Positions 48,642 through 59,900 of a DNA stretch of 64,000 bases are shown here, one piece after another (within the stretch, counting starts at the first letter, position 1; the number at the start of each line of letters is the position of its first letter). A program made the translations under genes and the position numbers. Below the pieces are notes generated by a model, which worked only from the letters and a program-made list of their open reading frames with translations, did not search any database and had not been told where the DNA came from. Source of the DNA: Lepidodermella squamata (Eukaryota > Animalia > Gastrotricha); assembly GCA_047495785.1 (NCBI GenBank), contig JBLDXI010000024.1, positions 806,001 through 870,000 on the forward strand, in the 5' to 3' direction.

Positions 48642-49257
48642 ATGAAATTTTCATCATTCGCCACCCTTTGCCTAGTCTCCGCCATCGTTATCATTGCTAC
48701 GTTGGCTAGCCAAGCTTCTGGTATTACTTAAGAGTAGTCATCTCCAGGTTTTTATGTTAATGATCTTCTTTTTTTCTAAAGCTGGTGAACGGCCGCGTCA
48801 TCGAGGCGTAGATTTGCGCAAAATGCACAAGGAAATTTTCAAGTCGTCGGAGAGTAAAGAACCAAGCCGCCCCCGTCAACCGAAACGCCACGTCCGCATC
48901 CGCCATTTCCCGACCAAGGACAGCAAATCGAAGCAGCGGGACAGCAAGCCTAAGAACAAGCGCCGTCATCAAGAAAAGCCGAAGAAGCAGCAGCACCGCC
49001 CGGCGTCATCGGCCAGCCATAGCGGCAGCTGGGACCACCGCCAGCAGCGTCACCACGACAAGAACAAGAACCGCAACGTCAACATCATCAAGATGAAGCC
49101 GTACTTCAACAAGCCGCACCACAACAAGCACCACGGACCAGCCTTCCACCAGCCGTACCCGTGGTACCCCCACTACTTCCCCAAGTCTACTCCAGCTCCA
49201 ACTCCGATGGGTTCGGCTGGGTTCCAGCCAATTCGCTTCCCATTTTTCATCCAATAA
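48642..49257 (+). CDS. Secreted cationic Lys/Arg/His-rich low-complexity protein (2 exons)
   Basis: TATA at ~48545, signal peptide MKFSSFATLCLVSAIVIIATLASQAS, intron ~48721-48781, Cys-free basic mature region, aromatic/Pro-rich C-terminus. Confidence 0.75.
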
Positions 49258-49393
49258 AAACTTGATATTGGCTGATAACTAAACTGAAAAGCAGATAATT
49301 TATCCTAAAAGTGTCTGTCTCGATTGCAAAATAAAAACATAATTTATCTTGAATTCCGAACCAAGTTTTATTGATTTAAATCACGTTTAAATG

Positions 49394-50222
49394 TCAATTA
49401 TTCGAATCTGTTTCCGCTAGCCGGTTCGATGTATCGCCGTAGTATTCATGAATTATTACAGATGTTGTTCTCTTGACCAATTTTCCATCAGAGGGCTTCT
49501 GGCTGCCAAGCAGTGGGGATCGAGTCAAACTTTCAATTACTTCCTCTTGATTATTGGAATCGGTTGATTTTTGATCGGCGACAGAAATTGGCTGGAAACT
49601 ATTTGGTCTTGTTATCGGCTTCTTATCGGGTTTACTTTCCCCATCTTTTTCAGGTGATGTGATTGATGGGATTGACGGCACGCCGTAAATACTCGCGGCA
49701 ACATTCACAGCGACGCCAACGAGCCGTGGTACAGCGGTTAGTAAAGTCTTAGCCAAGCCAGCGAAAAATTCGATGAGACGACCTTCGACTCCTTCAATTT
49801 CTTGATAAACGCAATCCAGCACTACTTTGCACTCAATTTCAGCTGAACTAGCCCATTCGGATAGATTATTCCTGTAAAAAATTAATTTAAATTTTTTAAT
49901 AATAGGTGAATAAAAATTAATTTACAAATCATCGTATTTAAGGTGGTCGAATTGAGCTATTTTGTCTAGGTTTAAAATCAAAATTCTCGCATCGCTTGAG
50001 AGCTGATTGAAAACCGCGCGAAGTTTTGGTGGAATTTCCAACTCGTCATCGTTCAGCAGCTCATCGAGCCGTTTGTGAACCTGTCGAGCGGCGTGGGCCA
50101 GTTCATTCCGCTGCGCCTGATTGTCCGGATGTTGTTCAACGGCGCGTAACAAGTGGTGAAATTGCTCGAGTGGCCGTTGAATGCGTTTCTTCAAGACTTT
50201 GCCTAGAGAGCTTCCCATCGCA
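49394..50222 (-). CDS. Helical protein of unknown function with possible N-myristoylation (2 exons)
   Basis: MGSSLGK start. Intron ~49924-49872 joins the two ORF fragments in frame. Confidence 0.55.
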
Positions 50223-50369
50223 ATGAAAAAATGCACGATATAGATAACAGGTATATTATACACTCGATTTTTTTCTTTAATGGCAACATGGTGATTACTA
50301 CAGCGCATCCGATTTTTTGTTTTTCTCGTGTGTAACGAATGTTCGAGAAAGAACTGATGCTTCATATGC

Positions 50370-51093
50370 TCATTTGATTGACATCAAATCAGGCCTAGCA
50401 CTTTTTGCTACTCGAAAGTCGGTATAGCTGTTATTAAGGCTGCAATCTATCCTAGCCATTGAAGATTGAGATTTTCGAACGCCAGTCGAAAATAACTGGC
50501 TTAGACGTCGGGGTGAAGCTAATGCGGGCATCGTGGCTTGTTGGCTCTTTTCTGGCTCATCCACTTGGAGTTTGATTTTGCGTATTTTTGCAGATCTTGC
50601 CCTATTCAGCATTTCGTACTTTTTAACACGCACAAGTTCCAATGAATCATCAGCCTTGCAATAACAGTCGGTGCAATGAGACTCCCATTCCTCTCCAATC
50701 GGCACTGTCGACGCTCGATGTATGATTTTCCGTTCTTCCAAATCGGGAATATAGCCATCCTTAAATGTAAAATTTTATTTTAAGGAAGAATGATTTTTCT
50801 TAAATAACCCTTGTCATGTGCGATGTTGATGAAATGTGTCGCTCTAGATTTCTCTCCATTTCCCTCAGCCGAATAGCAGAATTTAGGTCATCCCTGCGTT
50901 GTTTTAAGGTCAGACGTTTGACCTCGTCGGCTAATGACTTGTTCAAATGCTCACTCCTAGCAGCACGGTACAATAAATTATACCTCTGCGAATTGTGGCT
51001 GAAAGGCTTCGGCAGCGGCCATATTTCTAAGAACAAACTCTTGAAAAATGTATCTTCAGATAAACGCTTCGAAAAAACAGGCACAGAAGACAT
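50370..51093 (-). CDS. Basic coiled-coil protein, unknown (2 exons)
   Basis: Phase-0 intron ~50808-50760 joins ORFs 50800-51093 and 50370-50741. Confidence 0.5.
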
Positions 51094-51171
51094 TGAAAAT
51101 ATAACAAATGGGTGAGATTTATTTGTATGAGAGAGATCAAAAGCTTTGACATCAATAATTAATAAAGTTTT

Positions 51172-51924
51172 TTAAAATTTCGTGTCGCAAGCGCTGCAAA
51201 AATTCGCGAATATTAAGGCTGCTACGGCGAGAATGCCGCTGATGAGGCAGGCGATCAAGCGGAACGCCTCCTCTTTTCCGATAAAGTCGCTCGTCTCCCA
51301 GGAGATGCCCGTCACAGTGGCATACCACGCAAGGTTCAGGAACGCCGCGAAAAAGCTCGCCAAACACGCGAAATAATACGTTCTTTTCGTAGCTTTCGGC
51401 GGAATCCGAAGCGATAAAATAATGGCGGGAATGCCGTGGGCACAGGTAAGTAGTATCGAAGCGATCCCAGGCAATAACTGCGACAAACCACTCAAACGAC
51501 GCGCATCCTCCATCCTTTTGATTGTTTGACTAAAGTTAAACGGCGAAGACAAATTTTGAGGATTATTAACCGAAGGAGTTGTCACGTATTTGTTCTGAAA
51601 TTTCTTGACGGCTGCGAGGAACGGCGTTGCGTTGCTGTTAATCGAAGCGCTGCCTGTTTCGACGCTGAAAAGAGCCAGGCAGACTAGAACAACGAGGCAC
51701 GTGACTGAGACTGAGACAGCGTTTTGTTGCAGAACCGCCATTTTGATATTAGGCACAATTTCGACGTCTTCAGCGGTGAAAATTTCGACCTGGGGCACAT
51801 GGCCGTTTTTATGGATGCTGTTCAAACTTTGCGCCAAGTTGGTGTTGTAGCCGGCCAGTTGATTCTCCTGCCGAACTTCAACTATCTCAGGCGATTGAAT
51901 TATCCGACCTTCGGCCGAAAACAT
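51172..51924 (-). CDS. Intronless single 4-TM module orphan protein
   Basis: MFSAEG start, LLPGIASILL..GIPAIIL and FLNLAWY motifs. Confidence 0.68.
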   Translation of the reverse strand: MFSAEGRIIQSPEIVEVRQENQLAGYNTNLAQSLNSIHKNGHVPQVEIFTAEDVEIVPNIKMAVLQQNAVSVSVTCLVVLVCLALFSVETGSASINSNATPFLAAVKKFQNKYVTTPSVNNPQNLSSPFNFSQTIKRMEDARRLSGLSQLLPGIASILLTCAHGIPAIILSLRIPPKATKRTYYFACLASFFAAFLNLAWYATVTGISWETSDFIGKEEAFRLIACLISGILAVAALIFANFCSACDTKF

Positions 51925-51974
51925 TATAAAAAATCTAAAAAAACCCAGAAAAATAATGAAAAAATCGTGATTTA

Positions 51975-52589
51975 TTATAGGCAAATAAGCCCGACTATAT
52001 CGCAAATCATTAAGATGGCGATGATTATTGAGACCATCAAACAAGGATATTCTTTGCTGTAACTGACACTCATTTGCAAGGTGTCCCAATCGTACCAATG
52101 CATCGCAGCTTCAGTTGCATGCCAAACGAGGTTAGACCCACACAGGATTGCAATCATTAAAATCGCAGATTTACTCGCCCCTTCCGGCCCGAATGGCTCT
52201 GACCTGACGATGGTCAGTCCTATAGCTGGGAGTCCGAGACATAGGCAGATGATGATGCTCGTCGAGGCGAGTATCATCTCGCGAACCGCGCTGTTTCGTT
52301 CGAACCGCATTACGGCGCAGACTAGGGTAAAATTTGGATCGTCAGCCATTTCTTTCAAGGTTGAGGCTGGGCACACTTGGTCGTAGGCGCTGATGGCACC
52401 TGCACTAACGGCGAAGTAGACTAGAGCGAAGCAGAAAACGGCACTGAATGACGCGACGGTTAACGCTAAGATAGCATTGTCCCGGCGGGTTCGAAATGCG
52501 AAAATCTTCGAGCTAGCTCGCGTTTTACGCTTGACTTCAGGCGGCGCCTCTTCGATGCCAAACTCACTCTCGCTTTCGAATGAACTCAT
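51975..52589 (-). CDS. Intronless single 4-TM module orphan protein
   Basis: SFSAVFCFAL, CLGLPAIGL and SNLVWH motifs. Confidence 0.68.
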   Translation of the reverse strand: MSSFESESEFGIEEAPPEVKRKTRASSKIFAFRTRRDNAILALTVASFSAVFCFALVYFAVSAGAISAYDQVCPASTLKEMADDPNFTLVCAVMRFERNSAVREMILASTSIIICLCLGLPAIGLTIVRSEPFGPEGASKSAILMIAILCGSNLVWHATEAAMHWYDWDTLQMSVSYSKEYPCLMVSIIIAILMICDIVGLICL

Positions 52590-53826
52590 TTCAAATTTCA
52601 ATTATAATTATGATTTTTTTTGATAGAGACGAGATGACCTTACCACTCCACCTCTAGGTGCTGTATTTGTTTTGGCGGGTAATTTTCCAACGCCGTGATG
52701 TGATTCATTTTCCATTTAGCATAAAGTCAACACGGGCGAAAAGCACGGCATACCAGTAAATACAAAATAGCGAGTTGATAACTGTGGTACAAAGCAAATA
52801 AAGCATGGAAATTTACTGACTTGCGGGTAAAATTATTATCATAACATATGAAAAATGAACTCAGGCGAGAGTATGAAAAAGTTAGATTATGTCACATGCG
52901 CGGAAGCTCATCGAAATAAAGTTGATATAATGGCTAAAACTGTTTAACAACCAGGGCCGACAAGTAATTGAAATGAGTCACAATCTAATTATTGAAATTT
53001 AGAAATTCAAATGTGGGTCATTCCAAGTCAATACGACCGAGATTCAAAATCGACCACATTTTCTCGGCAAAAGTCATATAATATCGGGATACAATTATGA
53101 TGAAAGATCCAAATGGGCATGCGTCTTATATCATCTAGCACCTCGGTAACGATTCCTAGTATGATATTTCAAATTCCGAAGGTCGTAGGGAAAGTAGCTA
53201 CTTAGCCCCCTCCCCATTCTCCCCTCCATCGCATCATGTTTCGCGATGATCTATGAACACTCGGGTTGGGCCGTCAGTCGAACTGAAGATCCATTTAACA
53301 GGCAACTTCAGTGAATTTTGGCTGAAGTAGGATCCTCGAGGTACGTTGGGTACGTTTGGGAATTTTCAGCCCCGAATTTCCCTGACTAAAGAGTCCCCCT
53401 AAGGTTTTTTTGGGGTTTCTTGCCTGGACCTCTCAAGGTAATATGGACCTGAACCTCCTGTACTTAAGACACTGTCCTAAACGCTCTTCCGTTTTAGCTA
53501 TCGAAGCTGTTTGAGCTGAAACCTCCGCAATGTAGCCGAGAGCTAACTTTTTGACCTTTCGCGAAGAATTCTTGAGAAATTGACATCCACAATACATTTT
53601 GAAATGTTCAACACCAGCTTTGAAAGTACAATAAGCAAAGTTCGAGTCACGACTTTAGCATTTGCATCAAATTTATTGCGGGAATTCCTGCACCTTGTAA
53701 ACTTATTAACATACACCAGTGTATAGCATCTACAAGTATCTAACTTCTAGGGCTTCTCTGCGGTTAGATAAAACTGTCAATTCTCCATTGAAGGGCTGCA
53801 GTTTAGTTGTTGTTAGGGGGAGGAAT

Positions 53827-54695
53827 CTAATTCTGATCGTGGTGCTCGCCGGAGTGCTGGTGGGAGTGCTCGCCAGAGTGTTCACCAGAGTGTTCACCGG
53901 AAATGTCGAAGTTTTCGGCGAATTCGATGGCGACCTCAGCGGCGACACGGAAAGCGTGCTGGCCAGGTCCGCATTCGGGGTGCTGTTCCCTGAAGACGTC
54001 CTCAGCAACGCTGAACTGGGCGTGAGCGCACTGGAGGAAGCCAACGACCTCTTCCCTGTTTTCGAAGTCCTCAGGCAGCTGGCAGTGGGGGCCAACGACC
54101 TTGTTGATGTCACAGCCGTGGAAGACGATGGCGTTCAGGGCGCCGGCAACGGACTGGACGACTCCAGCGTTGTCGGTGTTCTGGGCTGTAAATACATGGT
54201 CCATTACCGACTCGAGACTAAACAGAAAGTATTATACTTACCCTTGGCGAAGTGGTCAACAACTTCCTTGACGTGGCTGGCAACGCATTCGACGGCAGGG
54301 GTGAAGTCTTGCCTGTAAGTAACAAGATTCATCCATCATACGCGGAAGACGAAACAATCCAAAATATCATACTTGGCTTCGACCTCTTCCTCGATTTCCT
54401 TGGTCTCGCACTGGGCGAAGGCATCGTTATGGTTGAAAACTTCCTCCAAGATTTCGACGAAGATCACGTTGCCATCTAAACAATATAAGCCCGTTAATCA
54501 TGAGCGCAATTCTATGCTGGACAACTTACCGATTTGGTGGTCGTCGAATTCCTGAGAGTCGGGGATGAATTCACCGCTGTGGGAGTCGTCGCCGGATTCG
54601 TGGGCTCCAGTGTTGTTTCCGCTCTGGCGAGCGAAGGGACTGGCGCTGCAGGCGGCAACGCAGAACAGGAGGACGGCGAGCTTGAAAGAGGCCAT
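53827..54695 (-). CDS. Secreted acidic His-rich 6-Cys helical protein, copy 1 (4 exons), (SGEH)n tail
   Basis: Signal peptide, three in-frame introns, six Cys, tail SGEHSGEHSGEHSHQHSGEHH, upstream TATA at ~54760. Confidence 0.78.
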
Positions 54696-55213
54696 GGCTT
54701 TGGTATATTCGAGATTGATTGCAAAAGGAATATGAATTTTTGAATGAGAAACGGCTTGTTATATACCCTCCACATACCTAGTTTTTTCTATTACTCACGG
54801 CTCCGCTTTTTATTCAGCTGCTGTTTTGATCGTTTTTTATTTGATTTAGGCGCTGCCGTTGGTTGAGATTTGGAGTTGGCTTGCCGAGGAGCCATTAATA
54901 ATTGCTAGTTGGGAAGAAAAGTTGCAATCTCGGATGCACTAGCCAGGGACAGCTGAAAAAACGATAACTATATCTTCTGGAATATTCACGTGAAATCGCC
55001 TAATCCGATAGCTGGAAAAGAGACTTTTGGCTCGTTCAGTTTGCTTAGGTTAGGTCAAGTGCAAAAAACGACATTGCAAAAAATGAAAAATAATTTCTGA
55101 AAAGATAAAAAAATGCTATACTGCCAGACTGCTGGTATTCAGTTTCGACGATAATTGATGAAAACTCATCCGTATAGTTTCGCGAGGAAAAATTTACTGC
55201 CGATTTTTTACTG

Positions 55214-55236
55214 GTCTAACGTCTAACGTCTAACGT
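55214..55236. repeat. Short tandem repeat (GTCTAAC)x3
   Basis: gtctaacgtctaacgtctaacgt. Confidence 0.6.
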
Positions 55237-55889
55237 ATGACCATCAACGCGGGTTTCCAAGCGAAAAAATTGTAGTTATGACGGCTGAAATCAGCTCAGC
55301 TGCTAAATGCTACTAACTTCACAAGTACATACCATCCACCATTCGGCCATCTATTCGCCTCTATTCGCTTAGGGCATCCACTTCGGCTGAAATATCAGTC
55401 TGAGTGTGATGAATGAGATGAGATAGTAGAACCTTTGCTTTATTTTTCTTTTCTTTTTCTTTTCTTTTCTGTGTGAATATTAAGGTAGCCGAATTACGGG
55501 TATTAGTGTTGCAATAGCTTGAATATATGCTTGAAGACAAAATAGACCTAGGTACATTTCGAAGCGTTAGAAAATTTTCCTCCATCCCCAATTCATGATT
55601 ATTCAGAACTTACTCAGAGCAATCCGCCTGCCTCGGAACGACATAAGCCGACGAAGCTTAACAATGACAAGTGTTCTTGTGCTGTTCCCTATAAGTCTTC
55701 TTCTCATTAACGTGAAATGTGGCTATTTCACAGTGACTCGAAGATCTCCGAGCGCTCCAATAAATCCGAATATAAATATATCCAAAATCCAAATAAATGA
55801 TGCTTGAAACTATTATTTATTTCAAGTAAACATTATACTTCAAATGAGTACCCTCCACCTTTGTTCCTTTTAAAAAGTAGTTTTCATCC

Positions 55890-56574
55890 TTAATTCTTTC
55901 CGCCGTTGTTCTTCAGATGCTCTTCGCTAGCAATGTGGGCGGCGACAACGAAAGCGGCGTGGCCGCGGGCACACTCAGGGCTCTTGTCGTTTTCAATGGC
56001 ATGGATGGCGCACTGGAAGAATTCGCCCAAATCTTTACCATCGGACGGAGGCTTGCACTGATCTCCGACAACCTTGTTAAGGTCACAGTGGTTGAAGAAA
56101 AGGTCATTCAGAGCGCCAGCGACAGCGTTGACGACTTCCTCAGGAGTTGCATTGATAGCTGTTATTCACAAACGATCACATCAGTAAATGGCAATTGCGA
56201 CAGATATGTGTTTCTTACCCTTGGCGAATTCTGCGACACGTTCTGATGCATGCTGAGCAACGCATTGAACACCCTTGGTGTAATCATGGCTGTAAGAAAT
56301 AACAGGGGTTGAATGGTTTATGGCTCAAACTGCAAACTGCTTACTCTTTATCGATGGCATCGTTGACTTCAGGAGTTTCGCACTTCTGGAAAGCGCCATC
56401 GACGTTGAAGATACTATCCAGGAGTTGCATGAAAATCATGTTTCCATCGAGCGCGGGAGGATGCTCATCGCCAGAGTGAGGATGAGAGTCCTCCTCACCG
56501 CCGGTGTGACGGCCGAAAGGAGCGGCGCTGATGCAGGCAGCGGCAAAGATTAGAATTGCTATCTTGGAGAACAT
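55890..56574 (-). CDS. Secreted His-rich 6-Cys protein, copy 2 (3 exons)
   Basis: Shares DGN.IF, AF..CET, CVA.H, FAK, VAGALN, CD.NKVVG..C, F.QCA and PEC with copy 1, and shares two intron positions. Confidence 0.78.
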
Positions 56575-56921
56575 GTTTCTTCTACTGTTTATGAAGTGTG
56601 ATTTAGTTAGAGATAAGGGTGATGAAAATCTGCGCCAATGACTGCACATTTTATACCCTGTCGCAACGGCAATTTACCAGGGCTATGTTTGATCAGCAGC
56701 ATAGTTTTTGAATGATTTGTCGTCGAGATTAGGTTCGTCTTTTATTTGAACAGTCAGACTTATGTGACAGTCAGAATTTCAGCTACATGAATCCTATCGA
56801 GAACATTCCATGCGCGAACTCTTGAGCGAGTCTTGTACGGGGGTGGTTGCATTTTAACCTGATTTATTGCAAACTAGAAACTTGTACAAGCTTATCATTA
56901 TTTTTGTTTCTTTCATCGCTT

Positions 56922-59900
56922 TCAGCAATTATTGTCGCTATTCTTCTCCTCATCAAGAACTTTATGAGCAGCATCTCGCTCGATCTCATCAAACAGCTCG
57001 TGATCTGATTCCGAAAAGTCCTCTTCTGGAAATTTGTAAATGCCACCACTCTTTTATCAGGCAATGTAAGAAATAGGAATGACTTACGCATCTCTGTTTT
57101 CCAGACATAGCTTTCCTTCCGTCCCTTGACGAGGAAATGCACGATCCTGTAGATGATTTCTAGGATGCTTAGAGGAGTCGGCGCGTAGCACTTGTAGAAG
57201 GCGCTGCGAACCGAGACAAAATAATTGAATTGCGAAACTTTTATCGAACTCTCCAGCGTTTTGTCGACGATTGCAGCCAAGCTATACAATCCACTCTCTC
57301 ACGTTTGTTCGAATAATCAGTAATAAATCACTCACTTGGCCAACAGCATGTTCATCCAAGCAACATTAGTGCAGAAAACGTAAACCATGAAAAGAATGAC
57401 GGCAACAGCATTTCGCTGGGTACAGTTTGGGTCATCCTCTTCGCCATCACTCAGGGTCTTTTGCGCAAGTAAACTGGAATTCAAGTACTCGGCTGCTTTG
57501 GCGTAGACTGGATTGATCTTAGCCTTGCAGGTTCCTTCAACCATTTCGCGATCTGCATCTAAGCCAACGAAGAATAAGTTCCAAAATCTGTCGTAAATGA
57601 CTCGAAGGACGAGATCAACAAAAGCAACTGCTTTGTCCATAGTTCTGTCGGGATTCATCAATGCGTAAATTGGAGTTGCGAAGGTCACGAGCATTAGCAA
57701 GTAAATGATTAGGAAATAAACGACGGTGGGAAACTAATGAATAACAGCTCATAAAGTTAAGGATTTTCGAAATTCAAATTTCAAACCATTTTAGTTAGGG
57801 TAACAACTATAACACCCATTTCTTGGGACAAATAGAATCCTCTGAAGGTTCGAGTCCATGCCATTAAACAAGCCAAAGCGTAAGTTGTTTTCGGGACAAC
57901 ATAGAAATCATTCTCCAGGTATAGCCTTATCAACGAAAAATATATTTCAAAATACAGAATATTGAAAATTCAACCTCGTAACTAATGAAGAAGTGATAAA
58001 TGCTGAGAAAAGGACTGGGGCTATGCACATGTGGAAGTCCGCGGTGTTGATGTTGAATGGATTAAATCGAGGGAGAACTTCGCGGCAAAATATCAGAATG
58101 CCTCTCTTCCACGGGATCTTGCTTTTCGCTATCAGGACGACATCTTGCCCAGTGTTCTAATATAAGTAAAGTCTTCAAATGAGTTCAACTCGATAGTTTC
58201 AACTCACCTCGAATAAAATTTCCAGAATAATGCATGCAGACCATATAAGGATTGTTATTTCGGCCCAAGACACTTCGGATTCAAGCCGGCCCTTGAGTAT
58301 GAACCACGTAAATAGCATCAAAAATACGCCATACGATATTGCGTGAACAAAATATCTACAAATAGGGCTGCTATATAGCAGAATGTAGCTTCGAAAAAAT
58401 TGTCCAAGACGCCGAAGAGTGGGCTTATAGGGCTTCCATTTGATGCCAGCAGCGGCAGAGCTTGGAATGAATTTCACATTGAAGATGAAGAGCAAGGGTA
58501 ACAAAACACTCAAGACCACCTTTTAAACATTTGACAATTCAATCAGAGTTGCAGAATGCAATAATTGTATTACCTGGAAAGGACTTGTGAAGATAACAAT
58601 TCTTCCGTACCAAATTTGCTGCATTGTCAGTTGCACTGCTGGTTGAGCGACAAAGCCCCTACGTTTCCCGTAATTCGCTAATTCAAGTACAGTTCTATCC
58701 TGCCAAGTCGGCATCCTTCTCCTCAACAGTTTGTGTGTATAGTCAGGTTGGTTCCGATGGCACAGTTTTAGTACCGATTTAGCTCTACCGTGCCAGTCCC
58801 TGAATCCACAATCACAGTTGAATTATTCAACATTTAAGCCTGAAAGTACATACTTGGATTCAGCTTTGTACATTTCGGCCAAATCTGTCAGATTTCGCTC
58901 TTTGGCTCTGATGGAGAGAGATTTCAGGAATGTCGATGCCATCAGCGCTGTACCGATGAGATCTCGCCCATCGTGCCATATGTTCAAAGCGAACTCGCGA
59001 TGGTTCATCAAAAGTTGTAACAAGAACAGATCGCGGTACCTTGTAATGTAAAATTCCCCTGAAGTATGATCAAACATGTCGAAAGATTCGATGTCATCAT
59101 CAGAATTGGCCTCGCGATTTGAGAGAAATAAAGTATGACGACGCGCATGGTACAAGCTTTCATCGAATGGGTTCCCCATCATGCAGCCAAAGCTTTTGGC
59201 AAGGCTCTCACCAATAACTTTGAAAGTCAAGGATCGCTCAATGAGAGCTGATTTGGCCATATCAGCCAAGCGTTTTTCTTCTCCTTGGAGGTCAAATAAG
59301 ACGAACCCCATTGCCCTGGCAATATCGCGATATTTCCTCCCTCTCTGTGATCCACCTGAATTGTCCTGTAAGAAGGTAATAGATTAATTTGCACAGATTA
59401 TTCATAGAGCTTACTCGAAGGAAGTTCGTTATATTTGCATAAATATGGCCTTTAACTCTTGACAAAGTTAGAAATTCCTCCGGATTGATTAGCTTGAAAT
59501 CGCGGAGAAGGGAGAAAAATTCCCATTGACCATTCTCAATTGCTGCAAGCATCATTTTCGCTGCAGCATGACCGGCTCTTGGGTTCTGCTCAATTTCGTC
59601 AATTTTCTCCCTCAAAATACGCTCAGCCATATCGCAGCGATTCCACTGGCACGCAAGAGACAGCATGCGAACGTCATCGAACTTGTCAGAGTCAAATATG
59701 GCCCCGAGAAGTTCTTTATCTAAGCTTGCCATCTGGTCATCATCAAACACATCCACTATCCGGATCTGAAAGAAAATAGATGTTGGAAACGTATAAAATG
59801 GTGGAAGAACATTCCAACCAGCTGTTTGTCCCTCACGCAATGCTTTATGATGGCGATTTCGTTACTGATATCGTCCTCCTCAAAAGTTTTGAATGGAGCC

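Noticed and set aside
53012-53592. Possible MITE starting GGGTCATTCCAAGTCAA
   Set aside because: The right end shows only partial complementarity.
53719-54743. Long plus-strand ORFs (e.g. 53719-54318) and many other antisense or alternate-frame ORFs in the track
   Set aside because: They are shadows of codon-biased genes on the other strand or frame, with no independent motifs or splice signals.
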